In this document: piece after piece, positions 18,929 to 28,044 of the stretch
How positions within the stretch are numbered: position 1 is the first letter of the stretch
Layout: each line of letters begins with the position of its first letter
IMG/VR virus record: IMGVR_UViG_3300029317_000047
Location: 1-41,176 of that record
Direction: 5' to 3' (one strand)
Origin: a virus
Lineage: Duplodnaviria > Caudoviricetes
DNA: 41,176 bases
The notes under the pieces: generated by a model
Told to the model about the DNA's origin: nothing
Databases searched by the model: none
The model's input: the letters and a program-made list of their open reading frames with translations, nothing else
Made by a program: the position numbers and the translations under genes

Positions 18929-19975
18929 CTAAACTACTTTTGCACTCATAGTGGCATCAACATTTCCAGGGATTGGAAGTGGTTTTGATTGAAAAACCAA
19001 AAATCTAACACTTGGATCATTTTCTTCATAAGACTTAACAAAAATTGTTCCTACAAATAGGTTCACACCCATTCCTTCTTTTTTAAATGCCTTAAAATCA
19101 GAAATACCACCAAATGCGACATGTGCACCAGTGCTCTCTCTTTTAGCACCTAGAATTAATTTATCTGCAGCCAAATAAGGAGTATCGTTTTTTGTTATAG
19201 GGTCAGCATACTTAGCAACATATTTATAAATATTAAGATTAAGTTCTCTGTCATATCCAATAAAGTCAACACCAGGTTCAATATTCTCTGGTCTATATTC
19301 ACCTAAGAAAATATTCTTTTTATCAAAAGCAGCTTGTACTTTTGCATGTGAAGTATATGCATTACCTACATCTTGACCAAACACAACTTCAGTTGGAACA
19401 ACACCACTTCTGTCAAAAAGCTCTTGTTTCCATGCTTTTAAATCCGACCTTGGGTCTGAATCAACATGAGACCATAAAGCAGTTCCTGTTAAAACTTTAG
19501 TATTTGAACCATTTCGTCCAAAGTCAATTTCATCTTCAACTCCATCACCTTTCACAATTATTTTTCCATCAATTAGTGCATTCGCAACCATTAACTCTTT
19601 TGAACGTTCAATTCTACTTTTTCCATCATCAAGATCATCAATTAAAATTTGTGCTGCTCTTTCTGCTGGACTTGCACCATTAGCATAAAAAACAGTTGAA
19701 CCTTCAAGTGCTTCTTCAGCTTCTGTTACAAATTTTGGTTTCAAAAGAGGTGGTTCATAAGTTTCTAACTTCTTCCCATTTTTCTTTTGTATTTTCCCTG
19801 CTATTCTTGGTGACACATGAGGTGCAATTTCTTTTCCACCCTTAGTGATTACAATATCAACATACTTAGTATCTGAGTGTTTTTCATCATTAAAGAAAGT
19901 TTTTGTTAAAAAATTTCCTACTGGATGGATAATATTAATTTGGCCCGTTAAAGCTCTCGCTGCAAACATATTCAT
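18929..19975 (-). CDS. Major capsid protein, lambda gpE family
   Basis: FLTKTFF, IAPHVSP, EIDFGR and QSKPLPIP motifs. Confidence 0.95.
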   Translation of the reverse strand: MNMFAARALTGQINIIHPVGNFLTKTFFNDEKHSDTKYVDIVITKGGKEIAPHVSPRIAGKIQKKNGKKLETYEPPLLKPKFVTEAEEALEGSTVFYANGASPAERAAQILIDDLDDGKSRIERSKELMVANALIDGKIIVKGDGVEDEIDFGRNGSNTKVLTGTALWSHVDSDPRSDLKAWKQELFDRSGVVPTEVVFGQDVGNAYTSHAKVQAAFDKKNIFLGEYRPENIEPGVDFIGYDRELNLNIYKYVAKYADPITKNDTPYLAADKLILGAKRESTGAHVAFGGISDFKAFKKEGMGVNLFVGTIFVKSYEENDPSVRFLVFQSKPLPIPGNVDATMSAKVV

Positions 19976-19979
19976 ATTC

Positions 19980-20339
19980 TTATCCTTTTGTCGCTAAATA
20001 AATATTTTGGTCTCTAAGACCTGATTCTGTGCTGTCAGCTGTATGACTTGCACCGAACACCAATAAATCTTTGTCAACTTTACCACCAAGTAAAATTGGC
20101 CCATTTAAATCTGAATCTGTAGCATCTACATCTTCCAATAAAATTGCAGAAGGAACTTGACTACCATCAGCAGCTGCAGTTAAAGAAATAGTATATTTAC
20201 CACTTGAAGTAATTTTCCCTAGAACAGTACCTTTTGCATAATTTGTTCCTGTAAGTAATACTCCATTTTCATCTACTCTCCAATCACTCAATACCAGTGC
20301 ATCATGATTAAGTGATTCTGTATAAACTGGTTGTTTCAT
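19980..20339 (-). CDS. Head decoration protein (gpD-like)
   Basis: GTVLGKIT...AADGSQVPSAILLEDVDAT. Confidence 0.9.
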   Translation of the reverse strand: MKQPVYTESLNHDALVLSDWRVDENGVLLTGTNYAKGTVLGKITSSGKYTISLTAAADGSQVPSAILLEDVDATDSDLNGPILLGGKVDKDLLVFGASHTADSTESGLRDQNIYLATKG

Positions 20340-20341
20340 AA

Positions 20342-20722
20342 TTATTTACCTCTTCTTTCATTTAATTTTGCAATAGCAGCATCTGCAGATGCATCAAAAC
20401 TCTCTTGACCATCAACTTTTTTAGTTTCTGAACTTACGTCAGCAATTGTTTCAGCTTGTTTTGCCAACTCTTTACCATCAGATTTAATATCATCAGATAC
20501 TTTTGCTTTTTGTGTTTGATCATGGTCAAAACAAGCAACTTTTACATCTTTTGCATCACTTTTACCATCAAATTTTAAAGCACTAATTGCTTTAACATTT
20601 TCATAACCCATTGGAATTGCTTCTTCAATTGCTTGAATCCTAACTCGTTCACTTGTAGCACCTGCACCATAAATTGTATTGTATGCATCGGGATGTTGTT
20701 TTTGTAATTCTTCTGCTGTCAT
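20342..20722 (-). CDS. Nested in-frame scaffolding protein (Nu3-like)
   Basis: Internal AAGGAG (20731-20736) before the ATG of MTAEELQKQHPDAY, after an N-rich linker. Confidence 0.7.
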   Translation of the reverse strand: MTAEELQKQHPDAYNTIYGAGATSERVRIQAIEEAIPMGYENVKAISALKFDGKSDAKDVKVACFDHDQTQKAKVSDDIKSDGKELAKQAETIADVSSETKKVDGQESFDASADAAIAKLNERRGK

Positions 20723-21616
20723 AGCCGTAGCTCCTTTTATATTTTGATTTAAATTTGTCGTGTTATTACCTGATTGTAATTCGTCCATTAATGTTTCATA
20801 ATCTTTTATAGAATCTATCATTCCAACTTCTAAAGCATCATCACTAATAAGTAAATCCCCTTGTCCAAATTTTCCCATAACAGTTTCTGCTGAAACATTT
20901 CTATTTTTTGCAACTGCATTAATAAATTTTGCGCCTAACTTATCAGCCCAAGATTGAATTTGAGCCTGACCTTCTTCACTAGAAATGTCAGGTCTTTTTT
21001 TAGGACTTATAGTTGATACAATTTCTATTTTCCTAACACCTTCTTTCGATTTCTTCTTTGAATCATCTGCCAAAGAATAAACCACACCAATAGAACCAAC
21101 CATTGAAGTTGAAGATGCCACTATTTCATTAGCTGCACTTGCCATCCAATATCCTGCACTTGCTGCTAAATCATCCACATAGGCAATTGTTCTCTTATTA
21201 GATTTTGAAACCATATTTGCAAACTGATCTATTCCAGAAGCTTGTCCACCTGGACTATCAATTTTCAATACAATAGTTTTAACAGAGTTATCATCTTCAA
21301 GTTTTTTAAGTTCATCTGAACATCTTTGAAGGGAGCAGTATCCTGATATTTCCATCATTCCACCGTATCTAATGATTGGGCCAGTGATATTCAAAATACC
21401 AACGTCACCCCTTTGTTCTGTTAGTCGTTCATTTTCTCTTGCACTTCCATTTTGATTTGATAATGCTTCTTTTCGTTGAGATATTTGATCCACAACAAAT
21501 TTATTATCAATATTTGAAAGTATTTCTTTTCCATTGGCAACATTAGAAATGGCTGTTAGCCAATGCGACATAATAAGCCAAGGTTTAGAGTTAAGCTCTG
21601 CGAGTATCTTTTGCAT
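20342..21616 (-). CDS. S49 prohead protease (gpC-like) with C-terminal scaffold
   Basis: IDSPGG, AASAGYWMASAA and VGSIGV motifs. Confidence 0.95.
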   Translation of the reverse strand: MQKILAELNSKPWLIMSHWLTAISNVANGKEILSNIDNKFVVDQISQRKEALSNQNGSARENERLTEQRGDVGILNITGPIIRYGGMMEISGYCSLQRCSDELKKLEDDNSVKTIVLKIDSPGGQASGIDQFANMVSKSNKRTIAYVDDLAASAGYWMASAANEIVASSTSMVGSIGVVYSLADDSKKKSKEGVRKIEIVSTISPKKRPDISSEEGQAQIQSWADKLGAKFINAVAKNRNVSAETVMGKFGQGDLLISDDALEVGMIDSIKDYETLMDELQSGNNTTNLNQNIKGATAMTAEELQKQHPDAYNTIYGAGATSERVRIQAIEEAIPMGYENVKAISALKFDGKSDAKDVKVACFDHDQTQKAKVSDDIKSDGKELAKQAETIADVSSETKKVDGQESFDASADAAIAKLNERRGK

Positions 21617-23138
21617 CTTCTTCCTTTATAAATTTTGCATCTACCATTTTTTCACGTTCACTTTTTCCACGATTGATATTAGAATCAAAATCAGTTCCAT
21701 TGATTTCAGCAGATTCTTTTGTTCTTGTACTAAAGCCTTCTTCGCATCTTAACTTGGCAGCTTTAGTTTCTTTTACAGGGTCAAGTTGTCCTGGTGCATC
21801 ACCATTCCATTGACTTTTACAATAAGCTTTTTTAATCATTGGATTTTCAAAGAAACCAGGTGCTTCAATTCGGCCAAGTGCAACTGCTTCAGTTAGCCAT
21901 TCTTCATAAATAGGTTGACAAAAAGAAGTTGCCATCCAAAAACGTCTTTGTTTAAAAAATTTCCAAGCTTCAAGAAGTGCTCCCCTACTTGCACTGTAAC
22001 TTGAAGTAAAATGCTTGATTAACAATTCATAAGGGATTTGAAGTGCTGCTCCTATTTGTCGTAAAATAGCCATAACAAAAGGGTCAAAGTTTGGATTGGG
22101 TCTGTTTGGATTTGCACTCTCAATACTCTCACCAGGTGCAAGTCCAATAACAGAACCTGATCCTAATGAATAATCAGTTTGTTCTTCATCATTTGTTTCA
22201 CTTCCATCTTCAACACCTAGTCCATTATCAACTTCACCAAGTTCACTTTTAATAAAAACAGTAAACATACCACTTACAACAGCAGCCATAATTTCAGCTT
22301 CTGTATATCGCCCTAATTGTTTAAGACTCTCCATTACAGGTGCAAGATAAGGTACACCTCTTTTTTGTCCTGGTCTTTTTTTCTCAAACAAATGAATTAC
22401 ATTTTTTCTATCTGACTTTGCACCAAATGCAGGAATGATTTCCCACTCTTGTTTATTGTCATATCCACCTGGATGATTTTTTAAAATATGATAGTTTTTA
22501 ACGGCCCCATTATCATCTGTTTCAATACCACTTGCAAGATTGCTTGTATTTTGTTGTTTGTCTTTATTACAAAGGTGTTGACCTTCAAGTAATTTAATAG
22601 CCAAAGAATAAGGAGATTGTTTTCTTTCAATAAATGGTAAAAGGGCAAGTACGTCACCACCAATTAATGCAGATAAAAAAGCGATTGATTGAAGTTGATA
22701 AAAATTGTTTGTTCGTGTAGAATCACAATCAAAAGATTCAGCCCAAAGTTTAAATTCACGTTCGGTTTTTCTTTGCCAATGTTCAGCATCTTCCTGCTTG
22801 AGTCCGAGCATTTCATAATCAATTTGAGACTGAACTTTTAATCCTGTACCAATTACATTGATATTTGCAGTATTTATTACACCAGTTGATAACGCATTGT
22901 TTCTATATAAATCATAACTTCTATCAACCAAAGTATCTAAATCTTGAAGATCGTCAGTATCAGAATTCCCAGTTTTAGGATTCCATCCTTTTAAAGCTTT
23001 TCTACTTTTTGAAGCTCCATTATAAGAGTTACCAAAATAGTTCATATAAGCTTTTGCTCTAATTCGTTCCATTCCATATTTTGGTGTAACTGAACAAATT
23101 GCTCTATCAATAATATTTGTTTTAAATATATTATCCAT
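21591..23138 (-). CDS. Portal protein, lambda family
   Basis: RSYDLYRNN, VIGTGL, RPGQKRGVP, SSYSASRGALLE and LDPVKE motifs. Confidence 0.95.
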   Translation of the reverse strand: MDNIFKTNIIDRAICSVTPKYGMERIRAKAYMNYFGNSYNGASKSRKALKGWNPKTGNSDTDDLQDLDTLVDRSYDLYRNNALSTGVINTANINVIGTGLKVQSQIDYEMLGLKQEDAEHWQRKTEREFKLWAESFDCDSTRTNNFYQLQSIAFLSALIGGDVLALLPFIERKQSPYSLAIKLLEGQHLCNKDKQQNTSNLASGIETDDNGAVKNYHILKNHPGGYDNKQEWEIIPAFGAKSDRKNVIHLFEKKRPGQKRGVPYLAPVMESLKQLGRYTEAEIMAAVVSGMFTVFIKSELGEVDNGLGVEDGSETNDEEQTDYSLGSGSVIGLAPGESIESANPNRPNPNFDPFVMAILRQIGAALQIPYELLIKHFTSSYSASRGALLEAWKFFKQRRFWMATSFCQPIYEEWLTEAVALGRIEAPGFFENPMIKKAYCKSQWNGDAPGQLDPVKETKAAKLRCEEGFSTRTKESAEINGTDFDSNINRGKSEREKMVDAKFIKEEDAKDTRRA

Positions 23139-23379
23139 CTATAAAACTCGCTCTTTTTATTGAAGGACCACGTCTAGGTTTTTTATTTAAAGTTTGTGCA
23201 GTTTCAAGTTGTTCAACTTGTGTTTTCCAATAAGTTATTTGTTTTCTAATATGAGCTGCATTAGTTTTAGTAAAAGTTTTTTCGCCAATAGTTACACTCT
23301 GATTTAAAGCAATTGCTTTTTCACAATCAAGCCATACTTTTAACATATCTTTTGCTTCTTCTAAAGTCCATGCAGCCAT
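23131..23379 (-). CDS. Head completion protein (gpW-like)
   Basis: MAAWTLEEAKDML...QSVTIG...; ATG at 23379 with an AAGGA RBS; directly upstream of the portal gene. Confidence 0.8.
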   Translation of the reverse strand: MAAWTLEEAKDMLKVWLDCEKAIALNQSVTIGEKTFTKTNAAHIRKQITYWKTQVEQLETAQTLNKKPRRGPSIKRASFIDG

Positions 23380-23429
23380 ATTTTTCCTTTTTCGAAATTC
23401 ATGGTGGTATTTTGACACAGAGAGAAAAT

Positions 23430-23466
23430 AAAAAAAAGACAACTTTTCTTGTCTATCTTTTTTTTA
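23430..23466. promoter_or_regulatory. Dyad AGACAA-N6-TTGTCT flanked by A/T runs upstream of the head operon (terminator or activator site)
   Basis: Inverted repeat at 23437-23454 with T-runs on both strands. Confidence 0.5.
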
Positions 23467-23758
23467 AATTTTATGGTAAAAGCATCTTGGTAGGTGTACA
23501 TTAATATTTTAGTCTTTCATTTTTTTAAAAAACTATTATCGGAATAACATAAACAACAAAATCAGCAACTACTAATCAATCAATCAATTTGATCGAGTTT
23601 TTTCTTAATTAAATTTCCACAAAGCCAATTTTGTGACATTTAGAAGACATTTATATAATAAAATAATCAAAATTATTTTTATTAAAATTTAGATAGAATG
23701 TCTCAAATATAAAGTCATTGAACTTATAAGAGCATATAGTCAAAGGAATATAATAAAT

Positions 23759-24556
23759 ATGAACAAAGAAGAATCATTAAAAAAATTAAATTTAAGAAAA
23801 GATGAACTAAAGACACTTCCAACTTATAACCATAATAGGGAGAACAGTGAATTTGATAAGTGGCACACAAGAACTAGAAAAACTATAGAGATAATATTTG
23901 GAAAAAAATCAGAAGAGGCAACTTCTTTTGATTATATTACGTTTACTGCTTCTTTTAGAGGATTCAATGAACCAACTATTCAAGAATGCATTCAAGAACA
24001 TAAAAGTGGTAGAGATAAATCTAATACACTCCTGGAATCATGTATAGAACATATTGAAGAATTTTGGGAAAATGATGAATCAAATAAAGTATCAACGGCA
24101 CAGGCACAACAAGTTGATAAATCAAAAGTATTCATAGTTCATGGACATGATGACGGGTTAGTTGCAAAAGTCCAACTTCTCCTAACAAAGCTTAGTCTTG
24201 AAGGTATAGTTTTACATGAACAAGCAAATCTAGGAAAAGTAATCCTTGAAAAGCTAGAACATTATACAGATGTGGGATTTGCTATTATTCTATACACTCC
24301 ATGTGATGTAGGAAAAGCAAAAAATGCTGAAGATCTAAAAGCAAGAGCAAGACAAAATGTAGTTTTTGAGCATGGCTATCTTATAGGCAGAATTGGTCGA
24401 GGTAAAGTTCTTTTTTTAGTTACTGACAAGATTGAAATTCCAGGTGATATAGCAGGAGCCGTTTATATAGGAAAGGATTCTTGGGAACAAAAAATTGCTC
24501 TAGAACTTCATGCAGCTGGATATGATATAGATTTTAATAAGATTTTTAAGAAGTAA
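23759..24556 (+). CDS. TIR-domain protein (CAP12/Pycsar-type TIR) with an N-terminal helical domain
   Basis: KVFIVHGHD, LHEQANLG..ILEKLE, FAIILYTPCD, RARQNVVFEHG (putative catalytic Glu) and IEIPGDIAG. Confidence 0.9.
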   Translation: MNKEESLKKLNLRKDELKTLPTYNHNRENSEFDKWHTRTRKTIEIIFGKKSEEATSFDYITFTASFRGFNEPTIQECIQEHKSGRDKSNTLLESCIEHIEEFWENDESNKVSTAQAQQVDKSKVFIVHGHDDGLVAKVQLLLTKLSLEGIVLHEQANLGKVILEKLEHYTDVGFAIILYTPCDVGKAKNAEDLKARARQNVVFEHGYLIGRIGRGKVLFLVTDKIEIPGDIAGAVYIGKDSWEQKIALELHAAGYDIDFNKIFKK

Positions 24557-24564
24557 TTAACAAA

Positions 24565-24981
24565 ATGAGCTTATATTCTGAGAAACTTGCCAAACTTAAA
24601 AGAGAAATTGCAATAATTAGCGATAAAAAAGGTTCTCGGAAAAAAAGTAAAAAGTTTAAACCACACCAAAAAGAAATGATTAAATTTATACATAAGAAAA
24701 TTAATAAAGTTGAATTTAATGTTCAAGGTAAAACAATTATTTTAGAAGAAGGTGATAGTATTAAAGGCTTTAGGCATATTTTAGAAGGACACTACAACTC
24801 AAATGATTTGGAAACAATGGATATATTAAACCTGCCTATCATGTTTAAAAATGCTATTCAATTAAAATCAAACAATGCACTAAGTGTATACGGAAGACTT
24901 CAAGACCAGCAAGAACATAGATTGATTGTAAATGAAATTGATAATAATAAGTTAGTGGTAACTGCATTTAGAAAAACATAA
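24565..24981 (+). CDS. BECR-fold (PBECR-like) ribonuclease-like protein
   Basis: GFRHILEGH helix motif and terminal LVVTAFRK strand; basic N-terminus; 8 nt after the TIR stop codon. Confidence 0.6.
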   Translation: MSLYSEKLAKLKREIAIISDKKGSRKKSKKFKPHQKEMIKFIHKKINKVEFNVQGKTIILEEGDSIKGFRHILEGHYNSNDLETMDILNLPIMFKNAIQLKSNNALSVYGRLQDQQEHRLIVNEIDNNKLVVTAFRKT

Positions 24982-25143
24982 AAACGGAAGCGAGACGATA
25001 GCAGCTAAAAACCATCTAGGGCTAACTTGATAAATCAAGTACTGGTCGTAACCCCGCTTCACTTCTGACTCCGACGTTTCCATCAGAAAACATACTAAAT
25101 ACACTTTCTGATTAAAACAATCACTTTATGATATAAGCTTGTT
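24982..25143 (-). ncRNA. Putative structured ncRNA convergent on the nuclease gene
   Basis: 24985-25081 is about 48% GC by hand count; nested stems pair better on the minus strand (G-U); upstream minus-strand promoter at 25150-25170. Confidence 0.55.
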
Positions 25144-25149
25144 ATAGGA

Positions 25150-25170
25150 ATTATAACATAAGAAACTTAA
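25150..25170 (-). promoter_or_regulatory. Extended -10 promoter pointing leftward
   Basis: Minus strand reads TTAAGTTTCTTA-TG-T-TATAAT. Confidence 0.65.
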
Positions 25171-25220
25171 AAAGTATACTATTATAAGTCTAAGCGATAA
25201 CCTAGTTCAGTCTAGCATAT

Positions 25221-25430
25221 CTAGGTATTCTGTATATCCTCATAATCATCACTTAATTTTTGTAAAATTTCATCATATAATTTAGGCTCTTCAATGAGCC
25301 TAGAAATTGCTTCAGATTCATTTTTAGCAATATTATCTTCTATCATTGTTTCAACTACAAGCACAATTACATTCTTAAGCATAATGCTTTTTCTAAATTT
25401 CGTTTTCTTTTGCCAAAAATTTACGCTCAT
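25221..25430 (-). CDS. Small ribbon-helix-helix-like protein, possible late regulator
   Basis: RKSIML strand, helix, then KNESEAISRLIE (CopG/MetJ-like pattern); translationally coupled to terL. Confidence 0.5.
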   Translation of the reverse strand: MSVNFWQKKTKFRKSIMLKNVIVLVVETMIEDNIAKNESEAISRLIEEPKLYDEILQKLSDDYEDIQNT

Positions 25431-27268
25431 TAACTTATCCCCTTACTCATAATTCTTCTTCTTTTTCTTTTCTTAATTTGTTTATTTTCAATATGAAACA
25501 ATGGCCCTCTTAATGCTAGTTTTTGTAGATTGATACCTGTTATTGCCAAAACTGCAAGTGCATATCCATTAATATCAAAGGCTTCATTCCTAATACCTGC
25601 TTTGATTACAACCCATCTTTTATTTACTTTCTTTTCAGATAGCAGCTGATTAAAATAAGCATCATCATATTTGTCACTTTTGGGAAAATGATGATAACTC
25701 GCACCTGGTGCAGTCAACTTTAAAGAACCCCAAACAGCATCTTTTACTTGTTGTACACCAACCATATAAAAAGGAGTTTTATATTTTGAAAACTTTGCAT
25801 CCCTTAGACTTGCAATAGGAGATTCCAAGCCATTTGCACCTTTTAAAGCATATATTCTCTTACCAAGTCTAGGTTTACAGTATTGCATAACATATTTGGT
25901 TTTATTTCCACCACTATCAATCCCTGCAGCATATATTTTCATTTCTCCATTTTCATGATAAAATTTTGTATTAAATAAATAATTATCAAGCTCTGCCCAT
26001 ACTTCAGGTTGAGAGGGGTCACCCATGATAACAACCCTGTCTATGCTCCATTTTTCTTCGTTTTCTCCAAAACCTATTACTTCACCTTCTATTCTGTTAT
26101 CTTGAGTATCAAAAGCAGCTAAAAGAAGTAACACCCCATTTGGAACCTCCGCATTGTATTCTTCTCTCTTATCTTTTAGAAACTCGGTTTCTAGTTTCTC
26201 AAACTGTTTAGACCATACTCTCCCTGCTCTGGTATTGGTCCAAGTTTTCATCTTTGTATCATCTCCACGTTTCATTAACTTTAATGCATCAACATATTCT
26301 TTAAAAATTTCATTCCATGTTAAAAAACCCAATGGAGATAAATAAGAAGGTATTCTATACCCTCTATGAATATGGCCTTTATTATGAGGCATCCAGTTTG
26401 CCCCATTAGATTCAGCCATCATCCAAGTTTTTTGAAACTCTTCAATAAATGATCCACAATGTTTACACGTGAATGTTACATCACCAGTTAATACAAATTT
26501 GTTTTTGTCATAGGGAATACTAAAATACTCTTGTTCAAAAAAAATCAACTTTGAACATTCTGGACATGGCATATAATATTCTCGTTGGTCACTATCCTCA
26601 AATTCTATTTCTATATTACTTTCACCCTCAACTGTTGGAGTTGAATTGATATAAATTTTTCTATTGGTAAAAGTATCTGCTCTTTTTTTTGCCAAATCCA
26701 TTGGTGAACCTTCATCATCAAGATCCATTGGAAATGCGTCAACATCGTCTAAATTAATATAAGGGATTGATAACGATCTATAACTTGAACTCGAATGAGA
26801 ATGTCCAAATATCAGACTCCCTCCATTAAATGTCATGCTATCAGCATCACCTATATCGTCTTTTGTTTTACCTCTTTTAATTTTTTTATCTAACTTTGGC
26901 ATTGCTTTAATTGATGGAACTAATTTTAAGAGTCTATGTTTTTTCATAAGTTTTTCAGTTGGCAAAATGAGTAACATAGTTCTTGGATTTTGATCTATGG
27001 TTGACATAATAAAATTATTGCCAATTTCCGTCCCACCAACTTGAGTACCCTTAATAACTTTAACTTGTTGAGTGGGAGAATGAGGACTAAGTTCGTCCAT
27101 AATTTCTTTTAAAAATGGGAATCTGCTTGTTCGCCATTGTCCAGGTTCAGCACTTGCTTCTTTAGGTAATTGTCTTTTATTATCAGCCCATTGAGTTATA
27201 GTCATATTATCCTCAGGTGCAATACCTAGTTTAAAACCTATTAAATAAGGATTAACGCTCATTTTCAA
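25430..27268 (-). CDS. terL: Terminase large subunit, lambda gpA family
   Basis: SAEPGQW, KGTQVGGTE, LDDVDAF, STPT, CPEC/CKHC, DTQDNR, IDSGG and RNEAFD motifs. Confidence 0.95.
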   Translation of the reverse strand: MKMSVNPYLIGFKLGIAPEDNMTITQWADNKRQLPKEASAEPGQWRTSRFPFLKEIMDELSPHSPTQQVKVIKGTQVGGTEIGNNFIMSTIDQNPRTMLLILPTEKLMKKHRLLKLVPSIKAMPKLDKKIKRGKTKDDIGDADSMTFNGGSLIFGHSHSSSSYRSLSIPYINLDDVDAFPMDLDDEGSPMDLAKKRADTFTNRKIYINSTPTVEGESNIEIEFEDSDQREYYMPCPECSKLIFFEQEYFSIPYDKNKFVLTGDVTFTCKHCGSFIEEFQKTWMMAESNGANWMPHNKGHIHRGYRIPSYLSPLGFLTWNEIFKEYVDALKLMKRGDDTKMKTWTNTRAGRVWSKQFEKLETEFLKDKREEYNAEVPNGVLLLLAAFDTQDNRIEGEVIGFGENEEKWSIDRVVIMGDPSQPEVWAELDNYLFNTKFYHENGEMKIYAAGIDSGGNKTKYVMQYCKPRLGKRIYALKGANGLESPIASLRDAKFSKYKTPFYMVGVQQVKDAVWGSLKLTAPGASYHHFPKSDKYDDAYFNQLLSEKKVNKRWVVIKAGIRNEAFDINGYALAVLAITGINLQKLALRGPLFHIENKQIKKRKRRRIMSKGIS

Positions 27269-27926
27269 ATCCTACCAAGCAATTATATATTTCATCATAA
27301 ATATACCCTTGTACTTCTCGTTTATCATTCATAGAAGCAATTACAGCTGATACCCTTGAAGGAACAGACAAGAGTTTATTTCTAACAATCCTAGCTATTT
27401 CAAAAGCTTCTCTTTCTACATCTTCTTTTTTAATATATTCACCACTTTCTTTTTCATAATTTAATTTTGCTTGTAATCCTTGATAATATTCTTTGAACTT
27501 TTTAACATCGTTAAAGGTGGCATCCTCTAAACTTTTAATATCGCCATTTGTGTCTTTATTTTCCTCATCATTTTTTATTTGAATTTCATCGTCTTTAGAA
27601 AACTTTTCATTATAAACTTTTAATTCATCTTCATTTAAATCAGTAATGGATGTTTCAGGTTTATTTTTTTCATTGAATAAACTATTATCAGGATTTAATT
27701 TCTTTTCTTTATTCGCTATTCTTTGCGCTTCTCTTTCAGGATTTTTTTTCTTTTCTATAAGTACTGATTCACATTTTACAAAAGGAATTTTATTGTTCAG
27801 TTTTTCAAACTCACCTGCAATTACTAGTTTACTAACATACTGTTTTGTAATCTTATCTTCAGGATGTTTTTCATTCCATCTTCTTGTAAATTCTGATTGA
27901 CTTACATAAATATCATTATCATTCAT
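27252..27926 (-). CDS. terS: Terminase small subunit (Nu1-like)
   Basis: N-terminal HTH (SQSEF...TKQYVSKL), AKLNYEKESGEY and RNKLLSVPSR; upstream of terL. Confidence 0.85.
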   Translation of the reverse strand: MNDNDIYVSQSEFTRRWNEKHPEDKITKQYVSKLVIAGEFEKLNNKIPFVKCESVLIEKKKNPEREAQRIANKEKKLNPDNSLFNEKNKPETSITDLNEDELKVYNEKFSKDDEIQIKNDEENKDTNGDIKSLEDATFNDVKKFKEYYQGLQAKLNYEKESGEYIKKEDVEREAFEIARIVRNKLLSVPSRVSAVIASMNDKREVQGYIYDEIYNCLVGFENER

Positions 27927-27974
27927 TTGTCAACTGTCCCCTTTCCAATCTACTTTTTGACAACCAAGTTTTGA

Positions 27975-28041
27975 AGCCACAAATATCGAGTTTGTCGACG
28001 TTGCCTTTACCCTCACTGGTGACAAAGCCACAGGAGGACCC
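27975..28041 (-). other. Probable cos packaging site
   Basis: GC-rich intergenic segment upstream of terS; minus strand has GGGTCCT (lambda cosQ sequence) and TCGATATTTGTG starting 52 nt later, resembling lambda TCGCTATTTATG. Confidence 0.7.
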
Positions 28042-28044
28042 ATT

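Noticed and set aside
23759-24556. Canonical CBASS, Pycsar or Thoeris system
   Set aside because: No CD-NTase, pyrimidine cyclase, STING/cNMP domain or ThsA partner is present in the window.
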